A stretch of 64,000 bases of DNA from the human T2T-CHM13v2.0 reference genome, Homo sapiens. The stretch is taken from NCBI RefSeq assembly GCF_009914755.1, contig NC_060946.1; one strand, 5' to 3'. The translations under genes and the position numbers were made by a program. This document shows, piece after piece, positions 51,701-64,000 of this stretch. Below the pieces are notes generated by a model. It did not search any database and had not been told where the DNA came from. It saw only the letters and a program-made list of their open reading frames with translations. How positions within the stretch are numbered: the stretch's first letter is position 1; each line of letters begins with the position of its first letter.

Positions 51701-54700
51701 AACGGGCATTGTGACAGATCTCTGCACTGATAACTCTGGTGATGTAAGTATTTTCTAGGCTCTGTTTCAAGGGGCCTTGTCACATATCTCTGCACTGATC
51801 ACCCAGGTGATGTAACTCTTGTCTCGGCTCTGCTTCCAGGGCATATTGTGACATATCTATGCACTGATCACCTTAGTGATGTAACACTTTGGTAGGCTCG
51901 GCCTACAGGGGAATCTTGACATATCTCTGCACTGTTAACCGAGGTGATTTAACTCTTGTCTAGGCTGTGCCCACAGGGGGATTGAGACATATCTCTGCAC
52001 TGATCCCGAGGTGATACAACTCTTGCCTGGTCTCTGCCTACTGTGGACATTGTGACATATCTCTGCACTGATCTCCCAGGTGCTGTAACTTTAGTCTAGG
52101 CTCTGGCTACACGGCATTGTGACATATCACTGCACTGATCACCCAGGATATATAACTCTTCTCTAGGATCTGACCACAGGGTGCTTTGTGACATATCCCT
52201 GCAATGATCACCCAGGTGATATACCACTTGCCAAGGCTCTGCCTACAGGGGTATTGCAATGCATCTCTGCACTGATCACCTAGGTCTTGTAGCTATTTTC
52301 TAGGATCTGTCTACAGGGTGTTTTGTGACGTGTCCCAGCAAGGATTACCCAGGTGATGTACCTCTCATCAAGGCTCTGCCTACAGGCACATTGTGATGTA
52401 TCTCTGCACTGATCACCTAGGTCATTTAACTTTTTTCTAGGCTCTACCTACGATGGCATTGTGACATATCTCTGCACTAATCATCCAAGTGATGTAACTC
52501 TTGTCTAGGATGTGCCTAAATTAACTTTTTGACATAACCCTGTAATGATCATCCAGGTGATGGAGCTTTTGTCTAGGCTCTGCCTAAGGGGGCATTGTGA
52601 CATATTTCTGCATTGATCACCCAGGTGGCGAACTCTTCTCTCGGGTCCGCCTATGGGGGCATTGTGAGAAATCTCTGCACTGATAACCCAGGTGATGTAA
52701 CTGTTGTGTAACCTCTGCCTACAGGGGAATTGTGAGAGATCTCGTCACTGATTACCCAAGTGATGTAACCGTTGTCTAGGCTTTGCATACAGGGGGCTTT
52801 GTGACATACATTTGCACTGATCACCCAGGTGATGTAACACATCTAAGTTCGGCCTAAAGGAGCTTTGTGACATATCTCTGCACTGATCACTTAGGTGATG
52901 TAACACTTTTATAATCACTGCCTACAGGGAATTTTGGCAAAACTCTGCACTGATCACCTAGGTGATGTAACTCTTGTCTACCCTCTGTGCAACGGGGCCT
53001 TGTGAAATATCTCTGCACTGATCACCCAGGTGATTCAAATCTTGACTAGGAAGTGCCTACAGAGGTTATTGTGAAATATCTCTGCACTGATAAACTAGGT
53101 GGTGTAAACCTTGTCCAAGCTCTGCCTACAGGGGCGTTTCCACATATCCCTGAACTGATGACAAAGGTGATGTAACTCTTGCCTAGGCTTTGCCTACAGG
53201 GAACATTGGACATATATCTGCACTGATCACCCAGGTGATGCAACTCTTGCCTAGGCTTTGCCTACAGGGGACATTGTGACATATCTCTTCAATGATCACT
53301 CATGTGATGCATCTCTTGCCTAGGCTTTGCCTACAGGTGACATTGTGACATATCTCTGCACTGATCTCCCAGGTGCTGTAACTTTAGTCTAGGCTCTGGC
53401 TACACGGCATTGTGACATATCACTGCACTGATCAACCAGGTGATATAACTCTTGTATAGGCTCTGCCTACAGGGTTATTGTGACCTACCACTGCACTGAT
53501 CACCCAGGTGATATAACTCTTCTCTAGGATCTGCCTACAGGGTACTTTGTGACATATCCCTGCACTGATCACCCAGGTGATCTAACTCTGGTCTAAGGTC
53601 TGCCTAAAGGGGCATTGTGACAGATCTCTGCACTGATCACTCTGGTGATGTAAGTATTGTCTAGGCTCTGCTTCAAGGGGCCTTGTCATATACCTCTGCA
53701 CTGATCACCCAGGTGATGTAACTCTTGTCTAGGCTCTGCTTCCAGGGCATATTGTGACATATCTATGCACTGATCACCTTAGTGATGTAACACTTTGGTA
53801 GGCTCGGCCTACAGGGGAATCTTGACATATCTCTGCACTGTTAACCGAGGTGATTTAACTCTTGTCTAGGCTGTGCCCACAGGGGGATTGAGACATATCT
53901 CTGCACTGATCCCGAGGTGATACAACTCTTGCCTGGTCTCTGCCTACTGTGGACATTGAGACATATCTCTGCACTGATCTCCCAGGTGCTGTAACTTTAG
54001 TCTAGGCTCTGGCTACACGGCATTGTGACATATCACTGCACTGATCACCCAGGCGATACAACTCTTCTCTAGGATCTGACCACAGGGTGCTTTGTGACAT
54101 CTCCCTACAATGATCACCCAGGTGATATACCACTTGCCAAGGCTCTGCCTACAGGGGCATTGCAATGTATCTCTGCACTGATCACCTAGGTCTTGTAGCT
54201 ATTTTCTAGGATCTGCCTACAGGGTGCTTTGTGACGTGTCCCAGCAAGGATTACCCAGGTGATGTACCTCTCATCAAGGCTCTGCCTACAGGCACATTGT
54301 GATGTATCTCTGCACTGATCACCTAGGTCATGTAACTTTTTCCTAGGCTCTACCTACGATGGCATTGTGACATATCTCTGCACTAATCATCCAAGTGATG
54401 TAACTCTTGTCTAGGATGTGCCTAAATTAACTTTTTGACATAACCCTGTACTGATCATCCAGGTGATGGAGCTTTTGTCTAGGCTCTGCCTAAGGGGGCA
54501 TTGTGACATATTTCTGCATTGATCACCCAGGTGGCGAAATCTTCTCTCGGATCTGCCTATGGGGGCATTGTGAGAAACATCTGCACTGATCACCCAGGAG
54601 ATGTAACTGTTGTGTAACCTCTGCCTACAGGGGAATTGTGAGAGATCTCGGCAATGATTACCCAAGGGATGTAACCGATGTCTAGGCTTTGCATACAGGG

Positions 54701-57700
54701 GTCTTTGTGACATACCTTTGCACTGATCACCCAGGTGATGTAACACATCTAAGTTCGGCCTAAAGGAGCTTTGTGACATATCTCTGCACTGATCACTTAG
54801 GTGATGTAACACTTTTATAATCACTGCCTACAGGGAATTTTGACAAATCTCTGCACTGATCACCTAGGTGATGTAACACTTGTCTACCCTCTGTCCAACG
54901 GGGCATTGTGAAATAACTCTGCACTGATCACCCAGGTGATTCAACTCTTGACTAGGAACTGCCTACAGAGGTTATTGTGAAATATCTTTGCACTGATAAA
55001 CTAGGTGGTGTAAACCTTGTCCAAACTCTGCCTACAGGGGCGTTTCCACATATCCCTGAAGTGATGACAAAGGTGATGTAACTCTTGCCTAGGCTTTGCC
55101 TACAGGGAACATTGGACATATATCTGCACTGATCACCCAGGTGATGCAACTCTTGCCTAGGCTTTGCCTACAGGGGACATCGTGACATATCTCTTCAATG
55201 ATCTCTCATGTGATGCATCTCTTGCCTAGGCTTTCCCTACAGGTGACATTGTGACATATCTCTGCACTGATCTCCCAGGTGCTGTAACTTTAGTCTAGGC
55301 TCCGGCTACACGGCATTGTGACATATCACTGCACTGATCAACCAGGTGATATAACTCATGTATAGGCTCTGCCTACAGGGGGATTGTGACCTACCTCTGC
55401 ATTGATCACCCAGGTGATATAACTCTTCTCTAGGATCTGCTTACAGGGTACTTTGTGACATATCCCTGCACTGATCACCCAGGTGATCTAACTCTGGTCT
55501 AAGCTCTGCCTAAACGGGCATTGTGACAGATCTCTGCACTGATAACTCTGGTGATGTAAGTATTTTCTAGGCTCTGTTTCAAGGGGCCTTGTCACATATC
55601 TCTGCACTGATCACCCAGGTGATGTAACTCTTGTCTAGGCTCTGCTTCCAGGGCATATTGTGACATATCTATGCACTGATCACCTTAGTGATGTAACACT
55701 TTGGTAGGCTCGGCCTACAGGGGAATCTTGACATATCTCTGCACTGTTAACCGAGGTGATTTAACTCTTGTCTAGGCTGTGCCCACAGGGGGATTGAGAC
55801 ATATCTCTGCACTAATCGCGAGGTGATACAACTCTTGCCTGGTCTCTGCCTACTGTGGACATTGTGACATATCTCTGCACTGATCTCCCAGGTGCTGTAA
55901 CTTTAGTCTAGGCTCTGGCTACACGGCATTGTGACATATCACTGCACTGATCACCCAGGAGATATAACTCTTCTCTAGGATCTGACCACAGGGTGCTTTG
56001 TGACATATCCCTGCAATGATCACACAGGTGATATACCACTTGCCAAGGCTCTGCCTACAGGGGCATTGCAATGTATCTCTGCACTGATCACCTAGGTCTT
56101 GTAGCTATTTTCTAGGATCTGTCTACAGGGTGCTTTGTGACGTGTCCCAGCAAGGATTACCCAGGTGATGTACCTCTCATCAAGGCTCTGCCTACAGGCA
56201 CATTGTGATGTATCTCTGCACTGATCACCTATGTCATTTAACTTTTTTCTAGGCTCTACCTACGATGGCATTGTGACATATCTCTGCACTAATCATCCAA
56301 GTGATGTAACTCTTGTCTATGATGTGCCTAAATTATCTTTTTGACATAACCCTGTACTGATCATCCAGGTGATGGAGCTTTTGACTAGGCTCTGCCTAAG
56401 GGGGCATTGTGACATATTTCTGCATTGATCACCCAGGTGGCGAACTCTTCTCTCGGGTCTGCCTATGGGGGCATTGTGAGAAATCTCTGCACTGATAACC
56501 CAGGTGATGTAACTGTTGTGTAACCTCTGCCTACAGGGGAATTGTGAGAGATCTCGTCACTGATTACCCAAGTGATGTAACCGTTGTCTAGGCTTTGCAT
56601 ACAGGGGGCTTTGTGACATACATTTGCACTGATCACCCAGGTGATGTAACACATCTAAGTTCGGCCTAAAGGAGCTTTGTGACATATCTCTGCACTGATC
56701 ACTTAGGTGATGTAACACTTTTATAATCACTGCCTACAGGGAATTTTGACAAATCTCTGCACTGATCACCTAGGTGATGTAACTCTTGTCTACCCTCTGT
56801 GCAACGGGGCCTTGTGAAATATCTCTGCACTGATCACCCAGGTGATTCAACTCTTGACTAGGAACTGCCTACAGAGGTTATTGTGAAATATCTCTGCACT
56901 GATAAACTAGGTGGTGTAAACCTTGTCCAAGCTCTGCCTACAGGGGCGTTTCCACATATCCCTGAACTGATGACAAAGGTGATGTAACTCTTGCCTAGGC
57001 TTTGCCTACAGGGAACATTGGACATATATCTGCACTGATCACCCAGGTGATGCAACTCTTGCCTAGGCTTTGCCTACAGGGGACATCGTGACATATCTCT
57101 TCAATGATCACTCATGTGATGCATCTCTTGCCTAGGCTTTGCCTACAGGGGACATTGTGACATATCTCTGCACTGATCTCCCAGGTGCTGTAACTTTAGT
57201 CTAGGCTCTGGCTACACGGCATTGTGACATATCAATGCACTGATCAACCAGGTGATATAACTCTTTTATAGGTTTCTGCCTACAGGGGGATTGTGAACTA
57301 CCACTGCACTGATCAACCAGATGATATAACTCTTCTCTAGGATCTGCCTACAGGGTACTTTGTGACATATCCCTGCACTGATCACCCAGGTGATCTAACT
57401 CTGGTCTAAGCTCTGCCTAAAGGGGCATTGTGACAGATCTCTGCACTGATCACTCTGGTGATGTAAGTATTGTCTAGCCTCTGCTTCAAGGGGCCTTGTC
57501 ACATATCTCTGCACTGATCACCCAGGTGATGTAACTCTTGTCTAGGCTCTGCTTCCAGGGCATATTGTGACATATCTATGCACTGATCACCTTAGTGATG
57601 TAACACTTTGGTACGCTCGGCCTACAGGGGAATCTTGACATATCTCTGCACTGTTAACCGAGGTGATTTAACTCTTGTCTAGGCTGTGCCCACAGGGGGA

Positions 57701-58223
57701 TTGAGACATATCTCTGCACTGATCCCGAGGTGATACAACTCTTGCCTGGTCTCTGCCTACTGTGGACATTGGGACATATCTCTGCACTGATCTCCCAGGT
57801 GCTGTAACTTTAGTCTAGGCTCTGGCTACACGGCATTGTGACATGTCACTGCACTGATCACCCAGGCGATATAACTCTTCTCTAGGATCTGACCACAGGG
57901 TGCTTTGTGACATATCCCTGCAATGATCACCCAGGTGATATACCACTTGCCAAGGCTCTGCCTACAGGGGCATTGCAATGTATCTCTGCACTGATCACCT
58001 AGGTCTTGTAGCTATTTTCTAGGATCTGCCTACAGGGTGCTTTGTGACGTGTCCCAGCAAGGATTACCCAGGTGATGTACCTCTCATCAAGGCTCTGCCT
58101 ACAGGCACATTGTGATGTATCTCTGCACTGATCACCTCGGTCATGTAACTTTGTTCTAGGCTCTACCTACGATGGAATTGTGGCATATCTCTGCACTAAT
58201 CATCCAAGTGATGTAACACTTGT
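48761..58223 (-). repeat. 28-mer-type domain: one 27-mer with an M17/M18 fusion, then four 28-mers
   Basis: Landmarks at 48761, 50598, 52505, 54411, 56317 and 58224 give spacings of 1837, 1907, 1906, 1906 and 1907 bp. All five retain M15. Confidence 0.88.
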
Positions 58224-61200
58224 CTAGGATGTGCCTAAATTAACTTTTTGACATAACCCTGTACTGATCATCCAGGTGATGGAGCTTTTGTCTAGGCTCT
58301 GCCTAAGGGGGCATTGTGACATATTTCTGCATTGATCACCCAGGTGGCGAACTCTTCTCTCGGATCTGCCTATGGGGGCATTGTGAGAAATCTCTGCACT
58401 GATCACCCAGGTGATGTAACTGTTGTGTAACCTCTGCCTACAGGGGAATTGTGAGAGATCTCGTCACTCATTACCCAAGTGATGTAACCAATGCCTAGGC
58501 TTTGCGTACAGGGGGCTTTGTGACATACCTTTGCACTGATCACCCAGGTGATGTAACACATCTAAGTTCGGCCTAAAGGAGCTTTGTGACATATCTCTGC
58601 ACTGATCACTTAGGTGATGTAACACTTTTATAATCACTGCCTACAGGGAATTTTGACAAATCTCTGCACTGATCACCTAGGTGATGTAACTCTTGTCTAC
58701 CCTCTGTCCAACGGGACATTGTGAAATATCTCTGCACTGATCACCCAGGTGATTCAACTCTTGACTAGGAACTGCCTACAGAGGTTATTGTGAATTATCT
58801 CTGCACTGATAAACTAGGTGGTGTAACCGTTGTCCAAGCTCTGCCTACAGGGGCGTTTCCACATATCCCTGAACTGATGACAAAGGTGATGTAACTCTTG
58901 CCTAGGCTTTGCCTACAGGGAACATTGGACATATATCTGCACTGATCACCCAGGTGATGCAACTCTTGCCTAGGCTTTGCCTACAGGGGACATTGTGACA
59001 TATCTCTTCAATGATCACTCATGTGATGCATCTCTTGCCTAGGCTTTGCCTACAGGGGACATTGTGTCATATCTCTGCACTGATCTCCCATTTGCTGTAA
59101 CTTTAGTCTAGGCTCTGGCTACACGGCATTGTGACCTACCTCTGCACTGATCACCCAGGTGATATAACTCTTCTCTAGGATCTGCCTACAGGGTACTTTG
59201 TGACATATCCCTGCACTGATCACCCAGGTGATCTAACTCTGGTCTAAGCTCTGCCTAAAGGGGCATTGTGATAGATCTCTGCACTGATCACTCTGGTGAT
59301 GTAAGTATTGTCTAGGCTCTGCTTCAAGGGGCCTTGTCACATATCTCTGCACTGATCACCCAGGTGATGTAACTCTTGTCTAGGCTCTGCTTCCAGGGCA
59401 TATTGTGACATATCTATGCACTGATCACCTTAGTGATGTAACACTTTGGTAGGCTCGGCCTACAGTGGAATCTTGACATATCTCTGCACTGTTAACCGAG
59501 GTGATTTAACTCTTGTCTAGGCTGTGCCCACAGGGGGATTGAGACATATCTCTGCACTGATCCCGAGGTGATACAACTCTTGCCTTGTCTCTGCCTACTG
59601 TGGACATTGTGACATATCTCTGCACTGATCTCCCAGGTGCTGTAACTTTACTCTAGGCTCTGGCTACACGGCATTGTGACATATCACTGCACTGATCACC
59701 CAGGCGATATAAATCTTCTCTAGGATCTGACCACAGGGTGCTTTGTGACATATCCCTGCAATGATCACCCAGGTGATATACCACTTGCCAAGGCTCTGCC
59801 TACAGGGGCATTGCAATGTATCTCTGCACTGATCACCTAGGTCTTGTAGCTAATTTCTAGGATCTGCCTACAGGGTGCTTTGTGACGTGTCCCAGCAAGG
59901 ATTACCCAGGTGATGTACCTCTCATGAAGGCTCTGCCTACAGGCACATTGTGATGTATCTCTGCACTGATCACCTCGGTCATGTAAATTTTTTCTAGGCT
60001 CTACCTACGATGGCATTGTGACATATCTCTGCACTAATCATCCAAGTGATGTAACTCTTGTCTAGGATGTGCCTAAATTAACTTTTTGACATAACCCTGT
60101 ACTGATCATCCAGGTGATGGAGCTTTTGTCTAGGCTCTGCCTAAGGGGACATTGTGACATATTTCTGCATTGATCACCCAGGTGGCGAACTCTTCTCTCG
60201 GATCTGCCTATGGGGGCATTGTGAGAAATCTCTCCACTGATCACCCAGGTGATGTAACTGTTGTGTAACCTCTGCCTACAGGGGAATTGTGAGAGATCTC
60301 GTCACTGATTACCCAAGTGATGTAACTATTGTCTAGGCTTTGCGTACAAGGGGCTTTGTGACATACCTTTGCACTGATCACCCAGGTGATGTAACACATC
60401 TAAGTTCGGCCTAAAGGAGCTTTGTGACATATCTCTGCACTGATCACTTAGGTGATGTAACACTTTTATAATCACTGCCTACTGGGAATTTTGACAAATC
60501 TCTGCACTGCTCACCTAGGTGATGTAACTCTTGTCTACCCTCTGTCCAACGGGGCATTGTGAAATATCTCTGCACTGATCACCCAGATGATTCAACTCTT
60601 GACTAGGAACTGCCTACAGAGGTTATTGTGAAATATCTCTGTACTGATAAACTAGGTGGTGTAACCCTTGTCCAAGCTCTGCCTACAGGGTCGTTTCCAC
60701 ATATCCCTGAACTGATGACAATGGTGATGTAACTCTTGAATAGGCTTTGCCTACAGGGAACATTGGACATATATCTGCACTGATCACCCAGGTGATGCAA
60801 CTCTTGCCTAGGCTTTGCCTACAGGGGACATTGTGACATATCTCTTCAATGATCACTCTTGTGAAGCATCTCCTGCCTAGGCTTTGCCTACAGGGGACAT
60901 TGTGACATATCTCTGCACTGATCTCCCAGGTGCTGTAACTTTAGTCTAGGCTCTGGCTACACGGCATTGTGACCTACCTCTGCACTGATCACCCAGGTGA
61001 TATAACTCTTCTCTAGGATCTGCCTACAGGGTACTTTGTGACATATCCCTGCACTGATCACCCAGGTGATCTATCTCTGGTCTAAGCTCTGCCTAAAGGG
61101 GCATTGTGACAGATCTCTGCACTGATCACTCAGGTGATGTAAGTATTGTCTAGGCTCTGCTTCAAGGGGCCTTGTCACATATCTCTGCACTGATCACCCA

Positions 61201-64000
61201 GGTGATGTAACTCTTGTCTAGGCTCTGCTTCCAGGGCATATTGTGACATATCTATGCACTGATCACCTTAGTGATGTAACACTTTGGTAGGCTCGGCCTA
61301 CAGGGGAATCTTGACATATCTCTGCACTGTTAACCGAGGTGATTTAACTCTTGTCTAGGCTGTGCCCACAGGGGGATTGAGACATATCTCTGCACTGATC
61401 CCGAGGTGATACAACTCTTGCCTGGTCTCTGCCTACTGTGGACATTGTGACATATCTCTGCACTGATCTCCCAGGTGCTGTAACTTTAGTCTAGGCTCTG
61501 GCTACACGGCATTGTGACATATCACTGCACTGATCACCCAGGCGATATAACTCTTCTCTAGGATCTGACCACAGGGTGCTTGGTGACATATCCCTGCAAT
61601 GATCACCCAGGTGACATACAACTTGCCAAGGCTCTGCCTACAGGGGCATTGCAATGTATCTCTGCACTGATCACCTAGGTCTTGTAGCTATTTTCTAGGA
61701 TCTGCCTACAGGGTGCTTTGTGACGTGTCCCAGCAAGGATTACCCAGGTGATGTACCTCTCATCAAGGCTCTGCCTACAGGCACATTGTGATGTATCTCT
61801 GCACTGATCACCTAGGTCATGTAACCTTTTTCTAGGCTCTACCTACGATGGCATTGTGACATATCTCTGCACTAATCATCCAAGTGATGTAACACTTGTC
61901 TAGGATGTGCCTAAATTAACTTTTTGACATAACCCTGTACTGATCATCCAGGTGATGGAGCTTTTGTCTAGGCTCTGCCTAAGGGGGCATTGTGACATAT
62001 TTCTGCATTGATCACCCAGGTGGCGAACTCTTCTCTCGGATCTGCCTATGGGGGCATTGTGAGAAATCTCTGCACTGATCACCCAGGTGATGTAACTGTT
62101 GTGTAACCTCTGCCTACAGGGGAATTGTGAGAGATCTCGTCACTGATTACCCAAGTGATGTAACCGTTGTCTACGCTTTGCATACAGGGGGCTTTGTGAC
62201 ATACCTTTGCACTGATCACCCAGGTGATGTAACACATCTAAGTTCGGCCTAAAGGAGCTTTGTGACATATCTCTGCACTGATCACTTAGGTGATGTAACA
62301 CTTTTATAATGACTGCCTACAGGGAATTTTGACAAATCTCTGCACTGATCACCTAGGTGATGTAACTCTTGTCTACCCTCTGTCCAACGGGGCATTGTGA
62401 AATATCTCTGCACTGATCACCCAGGGGATTCAACTCTTGACTAGGAACTGCCTACAGAGGTTATTGTGAAATATCTCTGCACTGATAAACTAGGTGGTGT
62501 AACCCTTGTCCAAGCTCTGCCTACAGGGGCGTTTCCACATATCCCTGAACTGATGACAAAGGTGATGTAACTCTTGCCTAGGCTTTGCCTACAGGGAACA
62601 TTGGACATATATTTGCACTGATCACCCAGGTGATGCAACTCCTGCCTAGGCTTTGCCTACAGGGGTCATTGTGACATATCTCTTCAATGATCACTCATGT
62701 GATGCATCTCTTGCCTAGGCTTTGCCTGCAGGGGACATTGTGACATATCTCTGCACTGATCTCCCAGGTGCTGTAACTTTAGTCTAGGCTCTGGCTACAC
62801 GGCATTGTGACATATCACTGCACTGATCAACCAGGTGATATAACTCTTGTATAGGCTCTGCCTACAGGGGGATTTTGACCTACCTTTGCACTGATCACGC
62901 AGGTGATATAACTCTTCTCTAGGATCTTCCTACAGGGTACTTTGTGACATATCCCTGCACTGATCACCCAGCTGATCTATCTCTGGTCTAAGCTCTGCCT
63001 AAAGGGGCATTGTGACAGATCTCTGCACTGATCACTCAGGTGATGTAAGTATTGTCTAGGCTCTGCTTCAAGGGGCCTTGTCACATATCTCTGCACTGAT
63101 CACCCAGGTGATGTAACTCTTGTCTAGGCTCTGCTTCCAGGGCATATTGTGACATATCTATGCACTGATCACCTTAGTGATGTAACACTTTGGTAGGCTC
63201 GGCCTACAGGGGAATCTTGACATATCTCTGCACTGTTAACCGAGGTGATTTAACTCTTGTCTAGGCTGTGCCCACAGGGGGATTGAGACATATCTCTGCA
63301 CTGATCCCGAGGTGATACAACTCTTGCCTGGTCTCTTCCTACTGTGGACATTGTGACATATCTCTGCACTGATCTCCCAGGTGCTGTAACTTTAGTCTAG
63401 GCTCTGGCTACACGGCATTGTGACATATCACTGCACTGATCACCCAGGCGATATAACTCTTCTCTAGGATCTGACCACAGGGTGCTTGGTGACATATCCC
63501 TGCAATGATCACCCAGGTGATATACCACTTGCCAAGGCTCTGCCTACAGGGGCATTGCAATGTATCTCTGCACTGATCACCTAGGTCTTGTAGCTATTTT
63601 CTAGGATCTGCCTACAGGGTGCTTTGTGAGGTGTCCCAGCAAGGTTTACCCAGGTGATGTATCTCTCATCAAGGCTCTGCCTACAGGCACATTGTGATGT
63701 ATCTCTGCACTGATCACCTAGGTCATGTAACCTTTTTCTCGGCTCTACCTACGATGGCATTGTGACATATCTCTGCACTAATCATCCAAGTGATGTAACA
63801 CTTGTCTAGGATGTGCCTAAATTAACTTTTTGACATAACCCTGTACTGATCATCCAGGTGATGGAGCTTTTGTCTAGGCTCTGCCTAAGGGGGCATTGTG
63901 ACATATTTCTGCATTGATCACCCAGGTGGCGAACTCTTCTCTCGGATCTGCCTATGGGGGCATTGTGAGAAATCTCTGCCCTGATAACCCAGGTGATGTA
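58224..64000 (-). repeat. Two 27-mers, one 28-mer and a truncated unit at the window end
   Basis: Landmarks at 58224, 60062, 61900 and 63806 give spacings of 1838, 1838 and 1906 bp. Confidence 0.88.

Larger units (their letters stand above)
1..64000 (-). repeat. Beta-satellite (68-bp Sau3A / BSR family) tandem array, about 940 monomers, uninterrupted and in one orientation
   Basis: ~68-bp periodicity across the whole window. The reverse complement of the monomer matches the beta-satellite consensus as I recall it (GATCAGTGCAGAGATATGTCACAATGCCCCTGTAGGCAGAGCCTAGACAAGAGTTACATCACCTGGGT), with a GATC site in most monomers. The monomer count is 64000/68. No non-satellite sequence seen; the array runs off both ends. 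Confidence 0.97.

Noticed and set aside
991-54824. 137-aa ORF opened in three units (991, 26033, 54411) by different changes at the same TGA codon in M4
   Set aside because: A few hits at one codon among 34 diverging copies is plausible by chance, and the longest ORFs are selected for exactly this event. The other units keep a stop, so there is no evidence of coding selection.
421-62638. About sixty short minus-strand ORFs (60-137 aa) with recurring HHLGDQCRDMSQ and ITWVISAEIC motifs
   Set aside because: They are translations of the 68-bp monomer in rotating frames and recur with the HOR period. They appear or vanish with single SNPs and indels and resemble no protein family I recognise. The Cys/His spacing does not fit a zinc finger.
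1-64000. CRISPR-like look: a conserved, partly palindromic ~35-bp block alternating with ~33-bp variable segments
   Set aside because: The 'spacers' are homologous to each other and recur in fixed order every HOR, the 'repeats' are degenerate, and there is no leader or cas gene. The monomer is a known primate satellite.
1-64000. Alpha satellite / CENP-B boxes, D4Z4-DUX4 or LSau, rDNA, Alu/L1 insertions, telomeric repeats, inversions
   Set aside because: No 171-bp period, GC-rich block, poly(A) tail, TTAGGG run or strand switch was seen. Every landmark interval is a whole number of ~68-bp monomers.

Overview
The whole 64 kb window is one uninterrupted, single-orientation tandem array of the ~68-bp beta-satellite (Sau3A/BSR family) of humans and great apes. 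The + strand monomer (TGATCACCCAGGTGATGTAACTCTTGTCTAGGCTCTGCCTACAGGGGCATTGTGACATATCTCTGCAC) is the reverse complement of the usual consensus. I find no supportable genes, RNA genes, transposons or CRISPR array; all listed ORFs are periodic by-products of the repeat. The monomers form a higher-order repeat (HOR). Using the once-per-unit landmark CTAGGATGTGCCTAAATTAAC (35 copies, 991 to 63806), I count 34 complete units: nine 28-mers (~1906 bp), nineteen 27-mers (~1838 bp, of three structurally different kinds), three 23-mers (1564 bp), and one each of 21-mer (1429 bp), 31-mer (2108 bp) and 37-mer (2519 bp). Monomers are numbered M1-M28, with M1 carrying the landmark. What is interesting here is the readable record of array evolution: in-register recombination junctions confined to one half of the HOR, two interleaved SNP/structure subfamilies, and multi-unit duplications at offsets of 1.8, 3.8, 8.9, 9.2 and 16.1 kb. 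All counts were read by eye and need alignment to confirm. Species and chromosome cannot be fixed from the window alone.
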